Positions 1 through 8,591 of a stretch of DNA of 28,743 bases are shown here, one piece after another. Position 1 is the stretch's first letter. Every line of letters begins with the position of its first letter. Source of the stretch: Phycisphaeraceae bacterium (lineage in GTDB: Bacteria; Planctomycetota; Phycisphaerae; Phycisphaerales; Phycisphaeraceae); contig PUNN01000518.1 of the NCBI GenBank assembly GCA_003552605.1, positions 1 through 28,743 on the forward strand, given 5' to 3'. The notes beneath the pieces are model-generated. The model saw only the letters and a list, made by a program, of their open reading frames with translations. It did not search any database and was not told where the DNA came from. A program made the position numbers and the translations under genes.

Positions 1-1
1 C

Positions 2-289
2 TCACGCCAACGTGCCGAGGAACCGGCCCCGGACCGGCCGATTGAGCGGGCCAGCTTCGAGCAGTTGCTCGAGCAACTTCGGGCGACGGGGCAGGCTGCG
101 GAGCCGCAGATTCAGGCCCCGTCGGGTTCTGCCCCGGCGGATGAGCCGACCGGCACCGAGCAAGGGCCGGTTCGGGGCCCGGAGGCCGCATCCAGCCCGC
201 CACTCGATGACCTCGGGCGCGTGGACCGGATCGACAACCCTGCACTGCTGGGGATGCTCGACCGCCGCGGTGAAGGCAGAGAGGGTTAA
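2..289 (+). CDS. Hypothetical protein, 5'-truncated by the window edge, immediately upstream of flgE (probable flagellar operon gene)
   Basis: The frame is open from position 2 to TAA at 287-289 (SRQRAEEPAPDRPIERASFEQLLEQLR...LGRVDRIDNPALLGMLDRRGEGREG). It is co-directional with flgE. No family recognised. Confidence 0.55.
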   Translation, partial: SRQRAEEPAPDRPIERASFEQLLEQLRATGQAAEPQIQAPSGSAPADEPTGTEQGPVRGPEAASSPPLDDLGRVDRIDNPALLGMLDRRGEGREG

Positions 290-381
290 TCCGGCCCGGC
301 GCCGGTCAAACAAGGATGAAACCCCCCTTGAGGGGGCACCGCTCAGCGGCCCGTGGCCGCGGCGGCAAACGGAGTACAGAC

Positions 382-2106
382 ATGGGCCTCAATACCGCAC
401 TGTTTACCAGTCTTTCCGGCCTGACCAATCATTCTCAAAAGATCAGTGTCACGGGTAACAACATTTCGAACGTGAGCACCAACGGCTTCAAGGCCAGCCG
501 CACGTTCTTCGAGTCGCAGGTCAGCCTCACCCGCAACAGCGGCAGCGCGCCCACCGACCTGCTCGGCGGAACAAACCCGTCCCAGATCGGCATGGGCACC
601 CGCATCGGCGCGATCGATCGCAACTTCAGCAATGGCACGCTCGAGACCACTGGTGTCAACACGGATGTGGCCATCGATGGCGACGGCTTCTTCATGGTCC
701 AGAAGGACGGCCGCGACCTCTACACACGGTCGGGTAATTTCAATGTCGACCGCGATTTCAATCTTGTGCTGCCCAGCAACGGTGGGCTGGTTCAGGGATA
801 CGGCATTGATGAAGATTTCAATATCAATGATGAGCTTGGCAACATCCAGATACCCGTGGGACACATGACCCTCGCCGAGCAGACGGAGACCATTCGGTTC
901 GGCGGCAATCTCAACGCCGGTGGTGAGGTGGGAACACATGGCGCCATCATCGAGTCGAGCCCACTGCTGCTTGATGGCGGCGGCGTGGCGGATGAAGACA
1001 GCGCCCTGCTCGATCTCGTGGACGAGGAAGGGGAGCCTCTGTTCGCCCTCGACGATGTCATCACCTTCTCGGATGTCAAGAAGGGGCAGTCGACCCTTCC
1101 CGAAAAGACGTTCCAGATCGGCCCGGACAACACCTCCGAGAGTGATGGCCACGGTGAGACACTCGATGCATTGATGGGGTTCATGCGCGAGATATTCGGC
1201 ATCCATGAGGATGTCGACCCCGATGCGGAACCGCCGGCGGGTGTGAATCTGGATGGCGATGGGCAGCTTCAAGTCGTGGGTAACGCCGGCACGGCCAATG
1301 ATCTGAGCTTCAACGCCGGCTCGATCGTGGTGAACAAGGGCAGCGCGAGCCCTTCGACGCCGTTTGATCTTTTCAAGACCCAATCGGCCAACGGTGAGTC
1401 AGTCAAGACCACTGTCACGGCGTTCGACAGCCTCGGCAACGAGTTGACCATCGACCTGACGATGGCACTTGAGGGCAAGGACAACAGCGGTACGCAGTGG
1501 CGGTACTTCGCGGAAAGTAACGATGACACGGACCTGGATCGCGTACTCGGAAACGGTGTACTCGAGTTCGACAACAACGGGTCGCTGGTGACCACGGACC
1601 CGCAGCCGATCACGATTGACCGGGAGGATACGGGGGCCTTCTTCGAGCAGGAAATCGACATCGAGTTCACCAGCCCGGATGGCACCGTCTCGGCGTTGAC
1701 CAATACCGACAGCCAACTCAAGGCCATCTGGCAGGACGGCTCACCCAAGGGCACGCTCGAGAACTTCGAAGTCGGCCAGGATGGCATCATCATGGGTGAG
1801 TTCTCCAACAGCCTCAAGCGGCCGCTTGGCCAGCTTGCCATGGCGAACTTTTCCAACAATCGGGGTCTGAAGGAGGTCAGCCAGGGGCTTTACGATGTGA
1901 CCACCAACAGTGGCCTGGCCATGATCGGCAAACCCGGAGTCGATGGTGCCGGCCGAGTGCTCGGCGGAACGCTCGAACTATCCAACGTCGAGCTGTCGCA
2001 GGAGTTCATCAATCTGATTACGGCCAGCACCGGCTACTCGGCCAACAGCCGGGTCCTTTCAACCAGCGACCGCCTGATCCAGGAACTGTTGCAGATCGTG
2101 CGGTAA
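382..2106 (+). CDS. flgE: Flagellar hook protein FlgE (long form, 574 aa)
   Basis: N-terminus MGLNTALFTSLSGL...GNNISNVSTNGFKASR, the YTRSGNF motif, and C-terminus LELSNVELSQEFINLI match the flagellar rod/hook family. GGAG at 371-374 supports the ATG at 382 rather than 316. Confidence 0.93.
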   Translation: MGLNTALFTSLSGLTNHSQKISVTGNNISNVSTNGFKASRTFFESQVSLTRNSGSAPTDLLGGTNPSQIGMGTRIGAIDRNFSNGTLETTGVNTDVAIDGDGFFMVQKDGRDLYTRSGNFNVDRDFNLVLPSNGGLVQGYGIDEDFNINDELGNIQIPVGHMTLAEQTETIRFGGNLNAGGEVGTHGAIIESSPLLLDGGGVADEDSALLDLVDEEGEPLFALDDVITFSDVKKGQSTLPEKTFQIGPDNTSESDGHGETLDALMGFMREIFGIHEDVDPDAEPPAGVNLDGDGQLQVVGNAGTANDLSFNAGSIVVNKGSASPSTPFDLFKTQSANGESVKTTVTAFDSLGNELTIDLTMALEGKDNSGTQWRYFAESNDDTDLDRVLGNGVLEFDNNGSLVTTDPQPITIDREDTGAFFEQEIDIEFTSPDGTVSALTNTDSQLKAIWQDGSPKGTLENFEVGQDGIIMGEFSNSLKRPLGQLAMANFSNNRGLKEVSQGLYDVTTNSGLAMIGKPGVDGAGRVLGGTLELSNVELSQEFINLITASTGYSANSRVLSTSDRLIQELLQIVR

Positions 2107-2125
2107 CCGGCCGCGGAGGGCAGCA

Positions 2126-2323
2126 ATGATCAGCCTCACCCGACTCAATGGCAACCCGTTTGTGGTCAACGCCGAACTGATTCGCACCGTCGAGGCCAGC
2201 CCCGACTCGGTGGTCACGCTCATTAACGGCGATCGATTTGTCGTCAGCGAGACCCCGGAGCAGATCATCGAACGCGCCATCGAATACGGCCGCAGTCTTC
2301 GCCGGATGTTTCCTCCGCAATAG
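2126..2323 (+). CDS. flbD: FlbD/SwrD-family flagellar protein
   Basis: MISLTRLNGNPFVVNAELIRTVEASPDSVVTLINGDRFVVSETPEQII is typical of the family. It lies directly after flgE, as in flgE-flbD operons; GGAGG at 2114-2118. Confidence 0.9.
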   Translation: MISLTRLNGNPFVVNAELIRTVEASPDSVVTLINGDRFVVSETPEQIIERAIEYGRSLRRMFPPQ

Positions 2324-2425
2324 CGGCGATCCCCGGGGTATCGGCAGTCGGCCGCGGTCCCTCGCGGCCCATCGTGCGGCGCATCGGCCCCGGCCGCCGG
2401 GGCGACCGGGCCGCACCGTGGCGGA

Positions 2426-2431
2426 TATACT
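2426..2431 (+). promoter_or_regulatory. Candidate -10 hexamer TATACT for lptF-lptG
   Basis: TATACT lies about 130 nt upstream of the lptF start in a GC-rich intergenic region. The same hexamer precedes pyrE and the M50 gene. No clear -35. Confidence 0.4.
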
Positions 2432-2562
2432 CACGTTCCGGGCCGGTGGGGGCGGCAGGGGCGGTATGACCCGCGCCCCGCCGTCCTTTGCTGCAAAGGT
2501 GGTGACAGAGCCCCCTTTGTCGACGCCACCGGCCGTGCCCCGACCGCCTTGCAGGCTGCTCG

Positions 2563-4302
2563 ATGATGCCCTGGACACTCTACCGCTATATCTTCTGGGA
2601 CCTGTGCAAGCTCACGGTGCTGGCCGCGGCGGTGTTGTGTACGGTCGTCGCCATCGCTTTGGCCATCCGGCCTCTGGCGGAGGGCCTGCTCGAGCCGCTG
2701 GATCTGCTGCGGTTTGTGATGTACTCGATGCCGACGCTGGTCGGTTTCATCCTGCCGTTCGCCGGGGCATTCGCCGCGACGCTTGTCTTCTGCCGCATGA
2801 CGGCCGATAACGAGGTCCTCGCCGCCTCCGTCAGCGGCATCAGCTATCGGGGCATCCTGGTCCCCGTGCTCGTGCTCGGGCTGCTGATCGGTGGGGGCCT
2901 GTGGACGATGTCGAACTGGGTCATGCCGTACTTCTACCGCGGCGCCGCCGCGCTGGTGCAGCGCGATGTGGCGTCCATGCTGGTCCGGCAGATCGGGCGG
3001 AACGAACCGGTTCAGATGGCCGGATACGTGATCTACGCCGACCGAGCGGTTGAGCGGGAGACGATTCCGCAACGCGATGAGCCCCATCAGCCCACGCAGT
3101 GGATGCTTCTGGATGGCCTGGTGGTCGGTCAGTTCGACCGCGAGACCGGCGACCTGCGCAGTGAGTACACCGCCGCGGAGGCGAACCTGCTTTTCTACGA
3201 CATCGACGGGGAACCCTGGCTGACCGTGCAACTTCGCGATGCGGAGATGTATCGGCCGGCGCGCGGCGAGATCGCCTTTGGCCGCGAGGTACCCCTTGAG
3301 TGGGCCATCGACCGGCCGTTCCGCGACCGGCCCGACTTCTACACCCCGCGTCAACTCGCCGAGATCGAGCGGGAGCCGGAGAAGTTCTCGACGGTAGCCG
3401 AACGGCGCCGTGGGCTGGAACGGGCCATCGCGACTGAACGGCTGCTCGAAGGGATGCAGCGACAACTGGCGCAGCGGACGTTGCGGCTCCACACCGGGGA
3501 GCCGACGCCCGCGCCGGGAGTTGACCTTGGGCCTCCTGCCGAAGCGGAAGAGGCTGCCCCGGATCCGGCTGAACGGGGCTGGCTCGAGGCGCGGGTAGAC
3601 TACCTCATCCGGTCGCCCGGGATCGAACGCGAAGGCAGCCGGCTGCTGCTGCGCGGCGATGAGGAGCAACCGGTACGGATCGACCAGCGGCGTGAGGGGT
3701 CGCTCGAACGGCAATGGTACGCCGATGAGGCCGTGCTCGAAGTCAGCCGCGGGATGCCCGGCGAGGAGCCGCGGGTGGAAATCCGGTTGGTCGAGCGCGT
3801 CCGCGTAATCGACTGGCCTGAGGGACTTCAGACGCGCCAGCGGGCGACGATCCTCGGTTCTGCGCGCTGGACGGAATCGCTGCTGCCGCGGATCCGTGCC
3901 CGCTCGACGGAGGACCTGCTGGACACTGCTGAACGTGACCACAGGGATGGTGAGGCTGTGGCCGGTGCCGCCGCGGGGCTCAGGCGCGAGCTGCGATGGC
4001 TGTCGCTTCGGATCGCCTCGCTTCAACACACCCGCGGGGCCCTGGCCATGGCCGGGGTACTGGTGCTGCTGCTGGGCGCGGTGCTGGCGATGCACGGCCG
4101 TCACCGCACCCCGTTGGTGGTCTACCTCGGCAGCTTCCTCGCCGCACTGGCCACGATCGTGCTGGTCAACGCCGGGCAGAGTTATGCACACAACGTGGAA
4201 ATGGAATATGCCCTGACGTTGGGGCTTCCACTGATCTGGAGCGGCAATATCGTTCTGGTGGTGGTAATCGCCGCCGCGTATATGCGGCTCAGCCGACACT
4301 GA
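2563..4302 (+). CDS. lptF: LptF/LptG-family LPS export permease (LptF-like, enlarged, 579 aa)
   Basis: TLYRYI at the N-terminus, three N-terminal TM segments with ADNEVLAASVSGIS, a long soluble middle region and three C-terminal TM segments. It is in tandem with a second family member. The lptF versus lptG assignment rests on gene order. Confidence 0.82.
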   Translation: MMPWTLYRYIFWDLCKLTVLAAAVLCTVVAIALAIRPLAEGLLEPLDLLRFVMYSMPTLVGFILPFAGAFAATLVFCRMTADNEVLAASVSGISYRGILVPVLVLGLLIGGGLWTMSNWVMPYFYRGAAALVQRDVASMLVRQIGRNEPVQMAGYVIYADRAVERETIPQRDEPHQPTQWMLLDGLVVGQFDRETGDLRSEYTAAEANLLFYDIDGEPWLTVQLRDAEMYRPARGEIAFGREVPLEWAIDRPFRDRPDFYTPRQLAEIEREPEKFSTVAERRRGLERAIATERLLEGMQRQLAQRTLRLHTGEPTPAPGVDLGPPAEAEEAAPDPAERGWLEARVDYLIRSPGIEREGSRLLLRGDEEQPVRIDQRREGSLERQWYADEAVLEVSRGMPGEEPRVEIRLVERVRVIDWPEGLQTRQRATILGSARWTESLLPRIRARSTEDLLDTAERDHRDGEAVAGAAAGLRRELRWLSLRIASLQHTRGALAMAGVLVLLLGAVLAMHGRHRTPLVVYLGSFLAALATIVLVNAGQSYAHNVEMEYALTLGLPLIWSGNIVLVVVIAAAYMRLSRH

Positions 4303-4352
4303 CCGATTGTGCGGCTGCGAGGGCGAGTCGTGGCCGGCAGTATCGAAAAAAC

Positions 4353-5513
4353 ATGGGTATTCTCGACCGTTACATCCTGCGCATCTTCCTGACCAACTTC
4401 ATCATCCTTTTGACGGTGGTGCTGACGATGTTCGTGGCGGTCGACATCCTCATCGATCTCGATGAGTTCACACAGGCGGGGGAGGTCTATGCCGATCAGT
4501 ATGGCGGAAAGCTCGCGGCGACGCTTGTGGTGATTGCGGATTTCTACGGGCCATTGCTGATCCTGCTGTATGCGGTGATCAGTGGCCTGATGGTTTTCGG
4601 CGCCATGGGCTTTACGTTTCTTGCCCTGTCGCGCTCGCGCGAGATCGTGGCGATGATCAGCAGCGGGATGAGCATGTACAGGATCGCCGCGCCCGTGCTC
4701 GTGGTCGGGGGCGTGCTGAACCTGCTGGCCCTGCCGATTCATGAGTACGTGATCCCCCCAATGGCGGAGAAGGTCAGCCGCAACAAGGCGGAACTGAAGA
4801 CGCCGGCGGTGCGGCACTTCGAGGTGCCCTATGCCGCCGATGGTCAGGGGGCGGTGTTCAACGCCCGCAAGTTCCACATCAGCGAGCAGGTGCTCGAGGG
4901 CGTGCTCGTCCGCGAGCGTGATGATCGCGGCCGGGTGCTCGCCCGGGTTGAAGCGAGTCAGGCGCTCTGGGAGCCCGAGCACCGCCGGTGGCGGCTGATC
5001 GACGGCTACCGCATTCAGCATCCACTCACGGTAGCCGAGGCGGAAGAGGCCGGGACCGGTGATGGGGGGGAAGGGACGGGCCTCGCGGCGACCCGCCGGG
5101 TGGCCCCGGAGCCGGTGGACTTCATCGAATCGGACCTTTCGCCGGAAGTGATTCTCGCCCGGCGGCAGGCGCTGTTCCCGCGCGTGCTCAGTCTCGCGCA
5201 GCTCAACCGGCTGATGGACAAGCGATCGCTCGATCGTGACACGATCGTCCGCATCGCCCAGAGCCGGTTCAGCTTCATCATGGTCGGCCTGCTGCTGATG
5301 CTCATCGTGATGCCGTTCTACCTGCTGCGTGAGCCGCGCAACCTGTTATGGGAAGGCACCCGGGCAGCCCTGATCGGGGTGCCCTTATGGATCATCGCGA
5401 TCCTGCTGCTCCAGATCGGCGTGGATGAACTCAACCCTGTTACCAACGCGTGGCTGCCTGTGGCGCTGTATCTGCCCCTCGCGGTCTGGATGCTCCACCG
5501 CATCCGCTCCTGA
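4353..5513 (+). CDS. lptG: LptF/LptG-family LPS export permease (LptG-like, 386 aa)
   Basis: MGILDRYILR start, SRSREIVAMISSGMSMYRI motif, 3+3 TM layout. The ORF-track extension back to 3996 overlaps lptF and is not credible. Confidence 0.82.
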   Translation: MGILDRYILRIFLTNFIILLTVVLTMFVAVDILIDLDEFTQAGEVYADQYGGKLAATLVVIADFYGPLLILLYAVISGLMVFGAMGFTFLALSRSREIVAMISSGMSMYRIAAPVLVVGGVLNLLALPIHEYVIPPMAEKVSRNKAELKTPAVRHFEVPYAADGQGAVFNARKFHISEQVLEGVLVRERDDRGRVLARVEASQALWEPEHRRWRLIDGYRIQHPLTVAEAEEAGTGDGGEGTGLAATRRVAPEPVDFIESDLSPEVILARRQALFPRVLSLAQLNRLMDKRSLDRDTIVRIAQSRFSFIMVGLLLMLIVMPFYLLREPRNLLWEGTRAALIGVPLWIIAILLLQIGVDELNPVTNAWLPVALYLPLAVWMLHRIRS

Positions 5514-5530
5514 CCGTGACAGTGGTAACC

Positions 5531-5658
5531 GGCAGGGAAAACTCCGGTGCATCCGCGGCGGCGTAGCATGCAGTATCGTCCTCAATCCGGGACGATAGTG
5601 CGGGAGGCACCGGAAGACTCACACCGGGTCCTGCCCCCGCGGTTGCCACGCCGCCGCG
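5531..5658 (+). other. Structured intergenic region upstream of murA with overlapping inverted repeats
   Basis: Helices: 5531-5536/5630-5635 (6 bp), 5543-5550/5607-5614 (8 bp), 5554-5568/5644-5658 (14 of 15), 5570-5581/5590-5601 (11 of 12). Confidence 0.5.
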
Positions 5659-5677
5659 CTTCTGCGACAACATCCAC

Positions 5678-6988
5678 ATGGATGCATTCGTTATTCACGG
5701 TGGCCGCCGGTTGCGCGGGACGGTCAGGATTCACGGTGCCAAGAACGCGGCCCTGCCGCTGATGGCGGCAAGCCTGCTCACGGATGAGCCAGTCACCCTG
5801 CGGGATGTACCGCGGCTGGCTGATATCCGGAACATGGGCCGGCTTCTCGATGTGATGGGGGTGTCGGTGCAGCGGGCGGATGATGGGCCGCTGCACCTTG
5901 CCACCCACGATTCCGGCAAATGTGAGGCCCCTTACGACATCGTCCGAACGATGCGGGCGAGCATCTGCGTCCTCGGGCCCACCCTCGCCCGTCGCGGCGA
6001 GGCGCGGGTTTCCATGCCCGGGGGCTGCAACATCGGCGACCGGCCGGTGGACCTGCATCTACGGGGCCTCAAGGCTCTCGGCGCCGAGGTGGGCCTCGAA
6101 TCGGGCTACATCGTCGCCCGGGCCAAGCGCCTGCGCGGCGCCAGGGTTTTTCTAGGGGGGCCGTTCGGTTCGACCGTGCTTGGCACGGCCAACGTGATGA
6201 GCGCTGCCACGCTCGCCGAGGGCACCACGATCATTGAATCCGCCGCGTGCGAGCCGGAGGTGACCGACCTCGCCCACATGTTGACCGCCATGGGAGCCCG
6301 CATCAGCGGTGCCGGCAGCCCGCGGATCGTCGTCGAGGGCGTGGACCGGCTCGCAGGGGTGGACCACACCCTCGTCCCCGACCGCATCGAGGCCGGCACC
6401 TACATCATGGCCGCGGCGATCACCAACGGCGATGTCCTGATCGAGAACTGCCCCACCGACAGCCTGACGGCCGTGATCGACCGGCTTGAAGAAGTGGGGG
6501 TCAACCTTGAACCCACCGATGGAGCGGCACCACCGACCGAGCAGCAGAACCTCCGCCAGAGCGTGCGCATCGCCAGCGACCGCAGGCTCGAGCCGGTGCA
6601 GGTGGTGACGCAACCGTTTCCCGGCTTTCCCACGGACCTCCAGGCCCAGATCATGGCCCTGTTGTGTATGGCCGATGGTAACTCGATCATCACCGAAAAG
6701 ATATTCCCCGATCGATTCCTGCACGTGGCGGAATTGCTCCGGATGGGGGCCCGGTGCCTGCGTAACGGGCCGAGTGTGCTCGTCAGCGGGGTGCATCACC
6801 TCGAAGGTGCCCCTGTCATGGCCAGTGATCTTCGTGCGAGTGCGGGCCTCGTCCTTGCCGGCCTCGCTGCGCGGGGAACCACCACGGTCAACCGCGTTTA
6901 CCATCTCGACCGCGGCTACGAGGGTATGGAACTGACCCTCCAGCAACTCGGCGCTGATATCGAACGCGTGGACGTCCCCGCCGCATAG
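5678..6988 (+). CDS. murA: UDP-N-acetylglucosamine 1-carboxyvinyltransferase
   Basis: [31 protein letters not shown] (Cys at the position equivalent to E. coli C115), [25 protein letters not shown]. Confidence 0.97.
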   Translation: MDAFVIHGGRRLRGTVRIHGAKNAALPLMAASLLTDEPVTLRDVPRLADIRNMGRLLDVMGVSVQRADDGPLHLATHDSGKCEAPYDIVRTMRASICVLGPTLARRGEARVSMPGGCNIGDRPVDLHLRGLKALGAEVGLESGYIVARAKRLRGARVFLGGPFGSTVLGTANVMSAATLAEGTTIIESAACEPEVTDLAHMLTAMGARISGAGSPRIVVEGVDRLAGVDHTLVPDRIEAGTYIMAAAITNGDVLIENCPTDSLTAVIDRLEEVGVNLEPTDGAAPPTEQQNLRQSVRIASDRRLEPVQVVTQPFPGFPTDLQAQIMALLCMADGNSIITEKIFPDRFLHVAELLRMGARCLRNGPSVLVSGVHHLEGAPVMASDLRASAGLVLAGLAARGTTTVNRVYHLDRGYEGMELTLQQLGADIERVDVPAA

Positions 6989-7043
6989 GATCGGGCGCGG
7001 GCACGCGCCTGCCAATGCTTATTGTGATACCGGAGTGCAACCC

Positions 7044-7259
7044 ATGCATCAGCCACTCGACCCGGAACTGCTTGAAATCCTCATCTGCCCCTTGACCCGG
7101 TCGAAACTGCGACAGGAAGGAGACGTGCTTGTCTCGGAAAAGGGCGGCCTGCGCTATCCCATCCGCGATGGCATTCCTGTATTGTTGATCGAAGAAGCCG
7201 GACTGCCGGAAGGTGTGGCTTCGCTCGAAGAATTCAAACGCAAGCATGGCCTTGAATAG
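7044..7259 (+). CDS. Trm112/YcaR-family small protein
   Basis: [14 protein letters not shown]...[21 protein letters not shown] at 7032-7035 supports the ATG at 7044. Confidence 0.9.
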   Translation: MHQPLDPELLEILICPLTRSKLRQEGDVLVSEKGGLRYPIRDGIPVLLIEEAGLPEGVASLEEFKRKHGLE

Positions 7260-7334
7260 CAGCCAGCCTGCCGTGAGTGTGCGCATGTTGCAGAACGCGC
7301 TGGTGTACTGCGATGCGATGCCAGAGCAATCCTG

Positions 7335-8558
7335 ATGACTGACACGCCCGAATCCAGCCCGGCAGTGCTCGGCCTGCCCGATCCTGCCGGGCTCAATGAG
7401 TTCGAGGCACTGCCACCCGAGCAGTGGGCTGGCCACCGCCGGATACTGCTCGAACTGTTCCGCGAACACATCTACGGCCAGCCGCCCGCCGTCGAACCGA
7501 CCATCACCTGCGATTTGCGCGAACGTGTTGCCGATGCATGTGAAGGCCGAGCCACGCGACACCAGGTCGACATTGTCCTCGGCGAGGGGGCGCTGCGCCT
7601 CGGCGCACTCATCTTTGTACCCAATGACATTGCCAGCCCCGTACCCGCTTTTGCCGGCCTCAATTTTCATGGCAATCACACTGTCGATCCGGACCCCCGC
7701 ATTGCACTGCCGCGTGCGTGGGTCGCCTCGAATCGGGCGGAAACGGGCTGCGACAGCAACACTGCTTCAGATGCCTCCCGCGGGCTGGCGGCGGCGCGCT
7801 GGCCGGTTGAGCGGATCACCGGCCGCGGTTATGCAGTCGCCACGCTCTACGCTGGCGAGATCGACCCCGATTTCGACGATGGTTTTGCCAACGGCATCCA
7901 TGCGCTCGAACGTGATCCCCGCGGGCGAGGCAGCGGTGGGACCATCGCCGCGTGGGCTTGGGGGCTCAGCCGCCTGCGCGAAGCGATGGCGACAATCGAA
8001 GGTGTCGACCCATCGCGCATCATGGCCATCGGCCATTCACGCATGGGCAAGGCGGCACTTTGGGCCGCGGCGGAGGATCTCGACTTTGCCGGGGCGATCA
8101 GCAGTGGTTCGGGCTGTCTTGGTGCCGCCTTGTCCCGGCGGTGCAGGGGCGAGCGCATTGCCGACATCACCACCCGCTTCCCGCACTGGTTCTGTGGCCG
8201 CTGTGCCGATTACGCCGACCGGGAGCACGAGTTACCCATCGACCAGCACCTGCTGCTGGGGCTGATCGCACCGCGGCCGCTCTACGTCGCCAGCGCCGAT
8301 CAGGACCACTGGGCCGACCCGGAGGGTGAGTTTCTTGCTTGTGTTCATGCTACGGCCATCTACCGTAAGCTTGGCCGCAGCGGTCTCGGGCTCGACCCTT
8401 CGGATGACGCCATGCCCCCTGCACTGCCTCCATTGAACCGCTCGGTCGGCCACGATGTCGGTTACCACATCCGCCCCGGCCACCACGACATCACACCGCT
8501 CGACTGGTGGCACGTGCTCAACTTCGCAGACCGGCAGTTGAAGCGGCCGGGTCACTGA
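7335..8558 (+). CDS. CE15-family (glucuronoyl esterase-like) carbohydrate esterase
   Basis: GHSRMGKAA nucleophile motif, AWAWGLSR, SGCLGAALSRR, FPHWF, DQHLLLGLIAPRPLYVASADQDHWADPEGEF, RPGHHDIT. Confidence 0.85.
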   Translation: MTDTPESSPAVLGLPDPAGLNEFEALPPEQWAGHRRILLELFREHIYGQPPAVEPTITCDLRERVADACEGRATRHQVDIVLGEGALRLGALIFVPNDIASPVPAFAGLNFHGNHTVDPDPRIALPRAWVASNRAETGCDSNTASDASRGLAAARWPVERITGRGYAVATLYAGEIDPDFDDGFANGIHALERDPRGRGSGGTIAAWAWGLSRLREAMATIEGVDPSRIMAIGHSRMGKAALWAAAEDLDFAGAISSGSGCLGAALSRRCRGERIADITTRFPHWFCGRCADYADREHELPIDQHLLLGLIAPRPLYVASADQDHWADPEGEFLACVHATAIYRKLGRSGLGLDPSDDAMPPALPPLNRSVGHDVGYHIRPGHHDITPLDWWHVLNFADRQLKRPGH

Positions 8559-8591
8559 AGGCCCTGGTAGGTGCGGTCAGTCCCACATGCC

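Noticed and set aside
5531-5640. Resemblance to a cobalamin riboswitch (AGGGAA..CGGTGCA and CTGCCCCCGC)
   Set aside because: The two motifs are about 80 nt apart instead of adjacent, the ACTG and B12-box elements are missing, and murA is not a B12-related gene. An Rfam search would settle it.
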